Assembly (NCBI GenBank): GCA_000993205.1
Contig: LBVU01000001.1
Span: forward strand, 8,155 to 72,154
DNA length: 64,000 nucleotides
Direction of reading: 5' to 3'
DNA from: Candidatus Woesebacteria bacterium GW2011_GWB1_39_10
Lineage (GTDB): Bacteria; Patescibacteriota; Microgenomatia; UBA8517
Part shown: positions 9,871-19,831 of the stretch, in pieces
Layout: every line of letters begins with the position of its first letter
Position numbering within the stretch: the first letter of the stretch is position 1
Translations under genes and position numbers: made by a program
The notes under the pieces: model-generated
Database searches by the model: none
Seen by the model: the letters and a program-made list of their open reading frames with translations, nothing else
What the model was told of the DNA's origin: nothing

Positions 9871-10333
9871 GCTCGTCTAATTCCGATACCGGTAGATAGA
9901 ATTTTGCCAATTCAATTTCCGGCATACTATTTGTTATTTGTTCCCCCTTTTCGATATAAGTATGTGTAACCTCTTCCAATATTTGGGGCGGTGTGGCGTT
10001 TCCCGGGAAATTACCCTTTAATTTAGCTTCAGCTAGGGCTAGACGGTGAATTTCTTTATGGCAATCTTTACAAAGACAAACTGAATCATTTTTTCCGTTT
10101 TCGTAACCAATAACAGAGGATCTACTTATTGTTTTTCCTTTTAATATTGAATGTCCGCCGGATGCATGAGTAACTCTATATCTTGGTTTTTTTGAGTTCT
10201 CTTCTCTGACTAAATGTAAACCGGTTTTGGAATGAAGTTCGCCTTCATCGGGGGAGCTGAATTTTTTATCACACGCCGCGCAAGAGAATGTGGCAAGTTT
10301 TTCTTCACGACAAACGCGCTCTGGAAATGGCAT
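9863..10333 (-). CDS. Zn-finger/HNH-like protein
   Basis: CAACDKKF...H...H C2H2-like motif and N..VCLCKDCH. Confidence 0.55.
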   Translation of the reverse strand: MPFPERVCREEKLATFSCAACDKKFSSPDEGELHSKTGLHLVREENSKKPRYRVTHASGGHSILKGKTISRSSVIGYENGKNDSVCLCKDCHKEIHRLALAEAKLKGNFPGNATPPQILEEVTHTYIEKGEQITNSMPEIELAKFYLPVSELDELI

Positions 10334-10392
10334 AATCCGGGATTATAACAAGGACTCGCAAAAAATAGTAATATCAACTAGAATTGGAGCAT

Positions 10393-11010
10393 ATGACAAT
10401 GCAGAATTCCGACTCCGACTTTTTTGGTCGGCAGGGGGATGAAAAAATTCTCTACGTGGTTCGCCCACATCCTCTGGCAACTACGGCCGCTCTTATCAAA
10501 ATTTATATAATTTCACTTGCAATTTTTTTTGTTTTGGTGGTTCTCGGGAGTCAGATTCGCGTTGTATCCTCCATCTTTTATGTCGGGGGGATGGTCTTGG
10601 CTCTCCTGATAATAACCATAGGTACGAAAATCATGATGGATTATCAAAAACGGGATGTTGCATATATTACCGACCGCAGGCTGGTACGCTTTGAACCCAC
10701 AACTCTTTTTGCAACAAATTCCAGAACACTTACCTGGGATGAGGTAGTTAAAGTTAAAACCTATCCTCCCAATATGATTTGGAAACAGTTGGCAATTGGC
10801 AACGTGGTGGTACATGCCAGGACCCCTGCGCGCCCGGATGATTTTGGACACGGAGATGTTACGGCGGATGACATTTTATTAAATGATGTTTATTATTACC
10901 GGGATTTGGGCAACTATATAGATAAAATCCTTTTTACCTATAAACAAAAACCTAAAGAGATGGATGAGATCAGGCCGTTCATACCAAAACCTCGCGGCGA
11001 GAGATACTAA
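10393..11010 (+). CDS. Membrane protein with a bacterial PH domain
   Basis: Two TM helices followed by YITDRRLV and GNVVV. Confidence 0.7.
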   Translation: MTMQNSDSDFFGRQGDEKILYVVRPHPLATTAALIKIYIISLAIFFVLVVLGSQIRVVSSIFYVGGMVLALLIITIGTKIMMDYQKRDVAYITDRRLVRFEPTTLFATNSRTLTWDEVVKVKTYPPNMIWKQLAIGNVVVHARTPARPDDFGHGDVTADDILLNDVYYYRDLGNYIDKILFTYKQKPKEMDEIRPFIPKPRGERY

Positions 11011-11063
11011 ATAAAATATAAAATTTAACATTATCCACTTAATTACTATATAGTATTGAAGTA

Positions 11064-11861
11064 CTAAAATTTGGATTCACAGGGTTTGCAGATGTTGCAT
11101 GGTCCAACCCAAGTAGAACCACCGCACACTCTGCATGTTCCGCTATGCCACCCAATGACATCAATATTGTACTCAAGACCGATTGTTGTATTCGAGTAGT
11201 TGTTATTTGAATTAGTAGATCCAGTTGGACAACTAATTGTGTTTTCTCCTAAAAAACCAGATCTTTGCATCTCTTCAATAACCGCGTAGGGAGACATGCC
11301 CGAAATAACTTGGTCTCTATAATAAATCGCTTTGGAAAATGATGTGGGATTGGGACATGTATCAACTGTTTTATTTGAAATCCTTTTTATCCAAGACAGT
11401 ATCTTAGAAATGTTTATTTCATTGTCTGATAACGTATACAATGTTTTTCGTTTGTACTCAGGATTAATAATTTCGGCCTCAAATAATATTGCGCTATTTA
11501 ATACAATCTTTTCTTGCCTCTGGTTGTAGGCGATTCTGTGAATAATAATTTTTGGGCAAGGGTAAACACCTTCTTTAGCCGGACTAACCCACAAAGCCAT
11601 TCCCTCTTCTGTTTTAGAAGCCCATTCTTGTAAGTCACGAGCCAAATTTTTTTCCGGGCCTTCTGCAATGAACTCTAAAATGTTTCTGTCGGTGTTTGGG
11701 TCTATTATTAGATTCTCCTTAACAACGAAATGGTATGAATCTGGTTTTCTGTTGGTTTCTTGGGAAATTGAAATGAGTTCCGCAAGGAGGCTGTTTGGAT
11801 CTGTGGAGTTCCAAGTTGATGAGAATCTAGTGATAGTGTTTATTGGATTTTCAGATACCAT
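11064..11861 (-). CDS. Hypothetical protein with a C-terminal Zn ribbon
   Basis: CRVC...CNICKPC at the C-terminus. Confidence 0.65.
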   Translation of the reverse strand: MVSENPINTITRFSSTWNSTDPNSLLAELISISQETNRKPDSYHFVVKENLIIDPNTDRNILEFIAEGPEKNLARDLQEWASKTEEGMALWVSPAKEGVYPCPKIIIHRIAYNQRQEKIVLNSAILFEAEIINPEYKRKTLYTLSDNEINISKILSWIKRISNKTVDTCPNPTSFSKAIYYRDQVISGMSPYAVIEEMQRSGFLGENTISCPTGSTNSNNNYSNTTIGLEYNIDVIGWHSGTCRVCGGSTWVGPCNICKPCESKF

Positions 11862-11971
11862 TCTTCTTGCTCGAGAAATTAAAATTGGGCTCCGGGTATA
11901 GACGGTAGCGGCACTCCCACGGATGTTCGCCGTGATTCACCAATTGGTTAAATCTACTATATAATCATTTT

Positions 11972-12454
11972 GTGGTCAACCCTTTAATAATAATTCTGAT
12001 TCTTTCCCTCATTATTATTCCGGTCTATTTTAAAACAACCAGATTTAATGGTTTTTGGGGAATATTAATGTTTGTTTTTGGATTTTAGGCCTTTATAATA
12101 AGGAGACATTTTTCCCATCACTCCTTTTGATCGGTGCCCCTGCCGTATATTTTATTTGGAGGGTTACAGCAGATATTTTTTCTTTGGGTATTCACTGACA
12201 CATTTTATTATTTGTTTGGAAACATTAAATTTACCTTACTGGCCTCAATTATGTTTTTTCTTACTTTTCATTTGACAAGACGGTCATCAATTAAAAAATA
12301 TTGGATACTCTTAGGCATCTTTGAAGTAATTAATGTTTGGACGTACGTTGTCTTGGGAAATATACTACCGCAAATGCTTGTTCACGGACTTGCGGGGTCA
12401 ATTCTTTTTACTGAATTTACCGACCATGATGAGATAAAAGATAGGTTGGGGTGA
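11972..12454 (+). pseudogene. Membrane protein reading frame interrupted by two in-frame stops
   Basis: From GTG 11972 the hydrophobic frame runs into ORF 12134-12454, with TAG at codon 39 and TGA at codon 53. Confidence 0.5.
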
Positions 12455-12533
12455 GGCTTGCGGAGTTTCTGCGGTAAATATGCGGGAATCGGGGACTTGA
12501 CAAAGATAGGGGACGGTGTTATCTTCGCTCAAG

Positions 12534-13022
12534 ATGAAAACGAGAGATATAATAGTTGGTTTTTTAGTTCTGGTTGTTCTTATTACCGGAGTTCTTCTTA
12601 TTAAAAATTCTAAAAAGAACAAGGCTGTCAATCTTCCCGCTCAAACTCCATCGATATCTCAAAAAATAACTGAAAAGTTCGGCGGTATAACTATTCCACC
12701 CAATGCGGACAAAGCTGATCTTTTGCCGGTTGCCGGAAATGAAGGGCTTGGAGAAGTTGTACGCGTGTTTGATAATGGAAAATTTGAACTCACGGTTCTT
12801 GCCGACCTCGGTCAATCTAAAAATGGTTATTTTTATCAGGCTTGGATGAGTGATGGTACAACGTTTATTTCTTTGGGCAAGCTTAATTTAGCCAAAGGGG
12901 GGTATCTGGTCAATTTTTCCTCCACCAAAAATTATTCGGGTTATAAAAAGATCGTGGTAACTCTCGAGAAAGTGTTCGATCAAACACCTGAAGAAGTTGT
13001 CCTCCAAGGTTCTTTCAATTAA
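12534..13022 (+). CDS. Membrane-anchored RskA (anti-sigma-K) C-domain-like protein
   Basis: TM helix, YQAW, SLGKL, VVTLE...PEEVVLQG. Confidence 0.65.
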   Translation: MKTRDIIVGFLVLVVLITGVLLIKNSKKNKAVNLPAQTPSISQKITEKFGGITIPPNADKADLLPVAGNEGLGEVVRVFDNGKFELTVLADLGQSKNGYFYQAWMSDGTTFISLGKLNLAKGGYLVNFSSTKNYSGYKKIVVTLEKVFDQTPEEVVLQGSFN

Positions 13023-13276
13023 ACCCTAGGGGTAGCAAGAATTGAGTCCAGTTTTCCTTTATCAAAACCCAAAATAGTCTCTTTGCTTCCATCGTCTTTA
13101 GTAACAACACTAAAAGGAACCCCCAAAAAACCACCGGAAGATGCTGTCATTTCGTCCCTGGCTGCGTCATCGATATCAACAAACTTTTCAGTAAAAGGCA
13201 GATTCTTTTGTCCAAGATAATCCTTAAGCATCTTGCAGTAAGGGCATGTTGTGGTTGAATAAATTGTAATGGTCAT
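13019..13276 (-). CDS. Glutaredoxin/NrdH-like redoxin
   Basis: IYSTTTCPYC, GVP and ILGFD. Confidence 0.9.
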   Translation of the reverse strand: MTITIYSTTTCPYCKMLKDYLGQKNLPFTEKFVDIDDAARDEMTASSGGFLGVPFSVVTKDDGSKETILGFDKGKLDSILATPRV

Positions 13277-13327
13277 TTGGATATCGGGTAAATCATATAG
13301 TATTATGTAATTGTTATCAAATCAACA

Positions 13328-13987
13328 ATGATATTTGTTAATTACAAAACGTATGAAGAGGGAAGCGGGCAGAAAGCGGTCACTTTGACCAAGGTTTTGG
13401 AAGAGGTAGCCCGGGAGTCTCAAATAAAAATTATTCCCGTTGTGCAGGTAATTGATGCCGAAACAATTATAGCATCCACTACATTGGAGGTTTGGGTTCA
13501 ACATGTGGACCCTTTAAGTTACGGGGCTCACACGGGTTGGACATTACCCGAAGAGGTTGCCAGGATTGGTATCTCCGGGGTCTTTTTAAATCACTCCGAG
13601 CACAAATTTGATAATTTTGATGCGCTTTATACCGCCTGTGAAAAAGCAATAGCATCAAATCTTAAGACGCTGGTCTTTGCAGGAAGCTTAGATGAACTTA
13701 CCAAGGTTTCCGAGCTTGGGACAACATATGTTGCCTACGAACCGCCGGAGCTTATCGGTTCGACTACAACTTCAGTCACCCAGGCGCAGCCTGAAATTAT
13801 TTCCAAAGCCGCCGATATTGCCAGAAGTAAAGGACTACCATTAGTAGTTGGCGCGGGGGTTCATTCAATGGCTGACGTTAAAAAAAGCTTGGAGCTGGGG
13901 GCGGTTGGGGTTGCAGTAGCTACAGATATAGTTAAGTCGGAAGATCCAAGGCGCGAGTTAATGGATTTGGTGGAGGGATTTAAATGA
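13328..13987 (+). CDS. tpiA: Triosephosphate isomerase, archaeal type
   Basis: VNYKTY, LNHSE and AYEPPELIG. Confidence 0.92.
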   Translation: MIFVNYKTYEEGSGQKAVTLTKVLEEVARESQIKIIPVVQVIDAETIIASTTLEVWVQHVDPLSYGAHTGWTLPEEVARIGISGVFLNHSEHKFDNFDALYTACEKAIASNLKTLVFAGSLDELTKVSELGTTYVAYEPPELIGSTTTSVTQAQPEIISKAADIARSKGLPLVVGAGVHSMADVKKSLELGAVGVAVATDIVKSEDPRRELMDLVEGFK

Positions 13988-14433
13988 AGATATACTTAGG
14001 TGCGGATCACCGCGGATATTTACTCAAAGAAAAAATTGCAATCTGGCTTTTTGAGATGGAACATGCGTACATGGATCTTGGAGCCGAAAAGTTAGATCCC
14101 CATGACGATTACACAAAATATGCCGAGGAAGTTGCCTCGCTTGTTGCTAAAAATGAAGGATCCCGCGGTGTTCTTCTTTGCGGTAGCGGAGTAGGAGTGG
14201 ATGTGGTTGCAAATAAATTTGATGGAATAAGGGCTTCAATCGGAAAAAGCGTTTTACAGGTCGAGGCCGGAAGACGCGATGATGATATGAACGTTCTTGT
14301 GATCGCGGCTGACTACACAACTGAAAAAGAGACAAAGGCGATGTTGATTGCGTTTCTTGAGACAAAATTTTCCGGTAAGGCGCGGTACGAGGAACGACTT
14401 GAGGAGATAGAAAGAATCGAGGCAAACAACTAG
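13984..14433 (+). CDS. rpiB: Ribose-5-phosphate isomerase B
   Basis: GADHRG, CGSGVG and ANK. Confidence 0.92.
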   Translation: MKIYLGADHRGYLLKEKIAIWLFEMEHAYMDLGAEKLDPHDDYTKYAEEVASLVAKNEGSRGVLLCGSGVGVDVVANKFDGIRASIGKSVLQVEAGRRDDDMNVLVIAADYTTEKETKAMLIAFLETKFSGKARYEERLEEIERIEANN

Positions 14434-14442
14434 ACTTCGAAC

Positions 14443-15402
14443 ATGGACTTGCCCAAGCTTACAAAATTAGACGTCTCAGGAAAAAGAGTTTTACTTCGGT
14501 TGGATCTTGACACGAGTCCAGACCCAAACGATTTAAGGATAAAGGCCTCGGAGGAAACTCTGAATTATCTAAAAGAAAAAGGTGCAGAAATTATTATTTT
14601 GGCTCATCGGGGAAGACCGGATGGAAAAGTAGACGAGGGTTTATCCCTTGCGCCATTTCAACCAATTTTTGACAAGTGGAGGGCAAAAGTAGAGGAGAAC
14701 CTGAGATTTGATGCAGGAGAAGAGAAGAACGATTTGGAATACGCCAAGAAGCTGGCTTCTCTCGGTGATGTTTATGTTAATGAAGCCTTTGGTTCATCTC
14801 ATCGCGAGCATGCTTCGATAGTTGGTCTTCCGAAGTTATTGCCCCATGCTGCAGGTTTTCATTTTTCTAAAGAAATTGAAAACTTAAGACGTGTCATGGA
14901 AAATCCGGAAAGACCGGTTGTAATTATAATTAGCGGGATAAAGAAAGACAAAGTGAACATGATTGGACCTCTGTCCGAAATCGCCGACAAGGTCCTCGTC
15001 GGGGGAAGGCTTCCGGAATTTTTGGGGGACTCGGCCCTGGAAAGTGTCAGGTCACAAAATGGGAAGGTGATTATTGGAAATTTAGTAATGGATAAAGAAG
15101 ATATTACTCTAAATACAATTGACAGATTCATTAAAGAAATAAAACTGGCAAAGACGATAGTTTTGGCAGGAGTACTGGGGAAGTATGAGGATGAAGGCCA
15201 CCGAATGGGGACAGAAAAAGTCTTTTCGGCGGTGGCTGATTCGAATACTTTCAAAATTGTTGGTGGCGGGGACAGTTTGGAAGCGGTACGGATATATCAT
15301 CTGGAAGATAAATTTAGTTGGATTTCGGTAGGCGGTGGTGCAATGCTTGAATTCCTCTCCAAAAAGACCCTACCAGGCATCGAAGCAATGAAAAATGGGT
15401 GA
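14443..15402 (+). CDS. pgk: Phosphoglycerate kinase (short form)
   Basis: HRGRP, ENLRF, VNEAFGSSHR, GGGDS and SVGGGAMLEFL. Confidence 0.9.
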   Translation: MDLPKLTKLDVSGKRVLLRLDLDTSPDPNDLRIKASEETLNYLKEKGAEIIILAHRGRPDGKVDEGLSLAPFQPIFDKWRAKVEENLRFDAGEEKNDLEYAKKLASLGDVYVNEAFGSSHREHASIVGLPKLLPHAAGFHFSKEIENLRRVMENPERPVVIIISGIKKDKVNMIGPLSEIADKVLVGGRLPEFLGDSALESVRSQNGKVIIGNLVMDKEDITLNTIDRFIKEIKLAKTIVLAGVLGKYEDEGHRMGTEKVFSAVADSNTFKIVGGGDSLEAVRIYHLEDKFSWISVGGGAMLEFLSKKTLPGIEAMKNG

Positions 15403-15966
15403 AAAAGTCGTAATTGAACCACCATTTTTATCTCCAATAATCGCCGATCCGACTTTCTTGCCTCCAAAAGATTCACCTGATGGTAAATTTCACCTTTTTG
15501 CCCATTCTATTTGGGGATTGCATCATTATATTTCCGATGACGGAGTAAACTGGAAAAACTTTAAATTCGTAAAAGCGTTTTCCATCCGCCCATATATCTT
15601 CAAAGAAAAAAATACTTATTATCTTTTTTATGAAAAATTAAAATTTATTATTCCGGGTACAACAATATATTTTTCTGAAATCCAAGTCATTTCTTCATCA
15701 GACTTAATAAGTTGGAGTAAACCCAAAACTGTTTTAATGCCAACTCTGCCGTGGCAGGGGTATATTTGAATGGAAAAGAGTTTCTAAAACCCTCTCAAGA
15801 CTTCAAAAAAGCCTTTGTCTACGTTTGCGATGGTAAAAAAGTCGGCAAAAAGTTATATGTTTATTTCAACGCCCGTGATGGTTGGTTTTGGGGGAAGGAG
15901 AGAATAGGACTTGTTGTAGAGAAACAAAAAGTGGTAATGTTGAATAAGGGATTAGTGAGGGGGTGA
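15395..15966 (+). pseudogene. Beta-propeller glycosidase remnant with frameshift or internal deletion
   Basis: The ADP...SDDG..W and SSDLISW N-part and a YVYFNARDGW C-part lie in different frames, and the total length is short. Confidence 0.5.
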
Positions 15967-15971
15967 TTAAT

Positions 15972-16166
15972 ATGAAATTAAAAACCTTTTCTAAATGGTT
16001 GGTAGTTATAGGAGCCATAAACTGGGGTTTAGTAGGACTCTTTGACTTTAATTTGGTTACATTTTTGTTGGGTGGTTGGTCATGGTTGGTAACCTTGGTT
16101 TATATATTGGTCGGACTCTCCGGATTTTGGGGAGCATATGCGATGCTGATGGGTAATAAGAAATAA
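15972..16166 (+). CDS. DUF378 small membrane protein
   Basis: IGAINWGLVG...VYILVG. Confidence 0.85.
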   Translation: MKLKTFSKWLVVIGAINWGLVGLFDFNLVTFLLGGWSWLVTLVYILVGLSGFWGAYAMLMGNKK

Positions 16167-16167
16167 T

Positions 16168-17343
16168 CTACTCCCCGAAGTGTAGGATATCTTTGTAGAG
16201 CCTCTCAAGTTTTTTGATTGAAAGGTTTGGTCTGTTTTTTAGTGCGATTTTCCTGTTGTATTTACCCATCTTGGCTCTTAACCCATCGTCTACAAGAATT
16301 TCGATAATTTTGTCTGCCATTTTGTGGCTATTTGGAGTCGGAATCAAAAAACCATTTACACCGTTTTTAATCATTCCCGCCACTCCGGCTTTATTGATTC
16401 CCACAATGGGAAGACCACATGACATTGCCTCCAATACTGTTAACGGTTGGACTTCCATTGCAGACCCAGTGGCAAAAATATCACACCTGTTGTAATAACT
16501 CACGAGTTTTTCTCTTGGAACATAGCCACAAAAAACAACCATTTTTGTCAAACCAAGTTTTTTAACCAAAATTTTTAACGTTTTCGCGGCCGGTCCATCA
16601 CCTACAATTTCCAGTGTTGCCTCATTAATCTTTTTGCGAATAATCTTGAATGCTTTTATGATCACGTCTACATTTTTTTCAGCGCTAAGTCTTCCTATAT
16701 ACAAAATTCTAAAATTTGTTTTAGTTCGTATTTTTGGTACAAATTTGTTGGTATCTACACCGTTTGAAATAACTACAATTTTACTTTTAGAGTTGTGTAA
16801 TATTAGTTCATCTTTGATAATATTTGCGGGAGAAATAATCACGTCACAATAATCAAAAATTTTATTACTGACTTTCCAAATTGTATCCCTAAGTAAATCA
16901 TCCTGACCAATTTGGTTTCTAAAGAAGCTATTGATTACTCTAAAAGGTGGAAGTGGGGGGAGTGTTTCGGACCAAAGAGTATGATATGTGGTAATTAAGG
17001 GAATTTTAAGATATTTGGCAATGATCATGGAGGAAATACCAATTGTTAAAGGGGTATGGAAGTGAATTACATCAGGGTTAAATTTTTTAACCGATCTATA
17101 CATTTTTCCGATATCAACAAAAGGTATATGAACTTCTTTGTAATAAATAACAGGACCGGAAGGATACCTTTCAATAATTAAATTTCCCTTTTCCAGTCTT
17201 TCGATCGAGCTTCTTAGACCATAAGCTGGCGCGTAAATTCTAACTTTATTTTTTTTGGCAAGAAATCTGGCGTGAGTATCGACTACGTACGTAACGCCAT
17301 TTACCTGGGGAATGTAAGTATCTGTAAAATATGCAATCTTCAT
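16168..17343 (-). CDS. GT4 glycosyltransferase (MGS/PimA-like)
   Basis: TDTYIPQVNGV, GRLSAEK and LEAMSCGLP. Confidence 0.9.
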   Translation of the reverse strand: MKIAYFTDTYIPQVNGVTYVVDTHARFLAKKNKVRIYAPAYGLRSSIERLEKGNLIIERYPSGPVIYYKEVHIPFVDIGKMYRSVKKFNPDVIHFHTPLTIGISSMIIAKYLKIPLITTYHTLWSETLPPLPPFRVINSFFRNQIGQDDLLRDTIWKVSNKIFDYCDVIISPANIIKDELILHNSKSKIVVISNGVDTNKFVPKIRTKTNFRILYIGRLSAEKNVDVIIKAFKIIRKKINEATLEIVGDGPAAKTLKILVKKLGLTKMVVFCGYVPREKLVSYYNRCDIFATGSAMEVQPLTVLEAMSCGLPIVGINKAGVAGMIKNGVNGFLIPTPNSHKMADKIIEILVDDGLRAKMGKYNRKIALKNRPNLSIKKLERLYKDILHFGE

Positions 17344-17384
17344 TGGGTGCATTTTACCATTTAATAATGATATTATGATTATAT

Positions 17385-18506
17385 ATGGTGAAAGTGGGCA
17401 TAAATGGTTTTGGTCGAATAGGTAGACTCGCTTTTAGAATCGGAGTTCTAAAGCATTCCGATGAAATTGAGTTTGGGGCAATTAACACTCCGGGGTCTAT
17501 GAATACGGCAAGTTGGGCACATCTTACGAATTTTGATACGATGTACAGAGAATTTCAGTACAAAGTACAAAGTACAGAGTACACCCCACTTCGCCAAGGC
17601 TCCGAGGGGCAAGGAGATCCGTTGATAGGTTATCTAATGGTGTCAGAAAAAAACCTAAAGGTGCCCGTTTTAGCACAGAAAGATCCCTCCTTGATTCCAT
17701 GGAGCAAATACGGAGTTGATGTGGTAATTGAAGCCACTGGGCACTTTATTGATGAAGAAGGTGCTAAAAAGCATGCAGTGGGAGGAGCTAAGCGAGTTGT
17801 GATTTCGGCTCCGGCCAAAGGGGGTAACGTCGGAACTTATGTTTTAGGAGTAAACGAAATGGACGGAAAGGATCCGGAGGGGATGGTAATAAGTAACGCT
17901 AGCTGTACAACAAATTGTGTTGCTCCGGTTGCCGCGGTTATGCAGGCAAAATTTGGAATTGAAAAGGCGATGATGACAACGATTCATAGTTATACGGACG
18001 ATCAAGTTTTGCAGGATAGCAGCCATAAAGATTTGAGAAGGGCGCGTGCGGCTGGGCAAAATATTATTCCAACAACAACAGGGGCTATAGTTGCAACTAC
18101 AGAAACGATACCGGAGCTCAAAGGACTTTTTGATGGTATGAGTTTAAGGGTCCCGACGACCACGGGGTCAATTACAGACTTTACATTTATTTTGAAAAGA
18201 AATGTAACTAAAGAAGAAGTAAATCAGGCATTTAAGGACGCCATAAATAACCCCATATACAAGGGTATATTGGCAGTTTCTGAGGGATTTTTGGTATCAA
18301 GCGATATCATTGGCAGAAGCGAGTCTGCAATAGTTGACTTGCCATTAACACAGGTGGTTGCGGGAAATATGGTTAAGGTTTTTGCATGGTACGACAACGA
18401 GTGGGGATACGCCAACCGCTTAGTAGAACAGGTGATACGGGTAGGAAGAACCCTGGAAGGAAACTCTGTGCCAACAGATCCGATTACACTTTCTTTTTCA
18501 AAATAA
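17385..18506 (+). CDS. gap: Glyceraldehyde-3-phosphate dehydrogenase type I
   Basis: GINGFGRIG, NASCTTNC and WYDNEWGY. Confidence 0.95.
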   Translation: MVKVGINGFGRIGRLAFRIGVLKHSDEIEFGAINTPGSMNTASWAHLTNFDTMYREFQYKVQSTEYTPLRQGSEGQGDPLIGYLMVSEKNLKVPVLAQKDPSLIPWSKYGVDVVIEATGHFIDEEGAKKHAVGGAKRVVISAPAKGGNVGTYVLGVNEMDGKDPEGMVISNASCTTNCVAPVAAVMQAKFGIEKAMMTTIHSYTDDQVLQDSSHKDLRRARAAGQNIIPTTTGAIVATTETIPELKGLFDGMSLRVPTTTGSITDFTFILKRNVTKEEVNQAFKDAINNPIYKGILAVSEGFLVSSDIIGRSESAIVDLPLTQVVAGNMVKVFAWYDNEWGYANRLVEQVIRVGRTLEGNSVPTDPITLSFSK

Positions 18507-18532
18507 AACATATCGGATAAATCAGAATTACC

Positions 18533-19198
18533 ATGATTAATATTATCCCTGCAATTCTTACAAATAACGTGACTGAACTTGAAGAAAAAGTTAAAAGGAT
18601 TAACGATGTTTCGTACATTGAGGGGACAACTGTTAGGACAATTCAAATCGACATAATCGACGGTGTGTTTGCAGACAACCGTACCGTTGATCCCGCAAAC
18701 CTAGTCGGACTGGATACAGATTTGGGGCTCGATTTTCATTTGATGGTAAAAGAACCGATTAATTGGATAGAAAAATGCGCCAACGCAGGTGCGGACCGTA
18801 TTATCGGTCAGATCGAAATGATGAAGAATCAGGTTGAATTTGTGGGGAAAGTACAGGAAACAGGATTATATGTTGGTTTGGCACTTGATCTCGAAACTCC
18901 GGTCACTGAGCTTGATTCCCTTATTTTAAATAATGTTGATGTCGTTCTTCTCATGGCTGTAAAAGCCGGTTGGGGAGGGCAAAGATTTGACAAGAGAGTA
19001 TTTGATAAAATTAAAGAATTGGATGAAATTAGATCCAGAGACAAGACACCATTTAAAATATGTGTAGATGGGGGGGAAACAACTGACGTTATTGATGACA
19101 CTCACTATGCGGGGGCAGATGAGGTTGTGATTGGGAAAAGATTGTTTGACGGAGATTTGGCAGCCAATTTTAAAAAATTTATAGAAGCAGCCCACTAA
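18533..19198 (+). CDS. rpe: Ribulose-phosphate 3-epimerase
   Basis: DIIDG, DFHLMV, GWGGQ and VDGG. Confidence 0.9.
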   Translation: MINIIPAILTNNVTELEEKVKRINDVSYIEGTTVRTIQIDIIDGVFADNRTVDPANLVGLDTDLGLDFHLMVKEPINWIEKCANAGADRIIGQIEMMKNQVEFVGKVQETGLYVGLALDLETPVTELDSLILNNVDVVLLMAVKAGWGGQRFDKRVFDKIKELDEIRSRDKTPFKICVDGGETTDVIDDTHYAGADEVVIGKRLFDGDLAANFKKFIEAAH

Positions 19199-19199
19199 C

Positions 19200-19829
19200 A
19201 TGCCACAAGACTTTTTAGACAAAAAAATCAGACAAATTTCTTATTTTGGTTTTGCCGATGCAAAACCTGGAGACCCGCTTTTTGAGGAGGCTTTTGAATG
19301 CGCGAAATTTTTAACGAGTAAGGGTTATGTGGCAATAAATGGGGGAGGACCCGGAACAATGAGGGCTGTTTCGGAGGGGGCAAAAGCCGTTAACGGGACT
19401 GCGGTAGGGGTCACTTTTTATCCGAAAGATGTCGCCAATTATGAGGGTAGAGACAAAAATAACCCCTTTGATATTGAAATAAAAACGAAAAACTATTTGG
19501 AGCGGACTTTAAAATTATTAGAAATGGGAGATGCTTATGTTATTTTTAGAGGCGGAACGGGGACGATTTCAGAATTTGGAATGGCTTGGGGTTTGGCGCG
19601 TCTTTACTTTGGACACCATAAACCCCTTATTCTTTACGGCGAATTTTGGAATAACATAATTAAAGCCTTTGGTGAAAATATGAGAATAAGATCTGAAGAG
19701 CTTGAAGTTTTTAGAGTGGTTTCGACTCCCGAGGAAGCATATGCCGCGATTCAGATTTTTGAAGGAGCATTAAAAAGGAAAGAAGGGGCAAATAATGAAG
19801 AAAGCCCATTCCAAATTAAAGCCAGATAA
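19200..19829 (+). CDS. LOG family nucleotide phosphoribohydrolase
   Basis: GGGPGTM and GGTGTISE. Confidence 0.85.
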   Translation: MPQDFLDKKIRQISYFGFADAKPGDPLFEEAFECAKFLTSKGYVAINGGGPGTMRAVSEGAKAVNGTAVGVTFYPKDVANYEGRDKNNPFDIEIKTKNYLERTLKLLEMGDAYVIFRGGTGTISEFGMAWGLARLYFGHHKPLILYGEFWNNIIKAFGENMRIRSEELEVFRVVSTPEEAYAAIQIFEGALKRKEGANNEESPFQIKAR

Positions 19830-19831
19830 AT

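Noticed and set aside
11972-12133. Stop-codon reassignment (code 25 or similar)
   Set aside because: Conserved genes such as nrdJ, trpS and pduO end properly at TGA, and others end at TAG.
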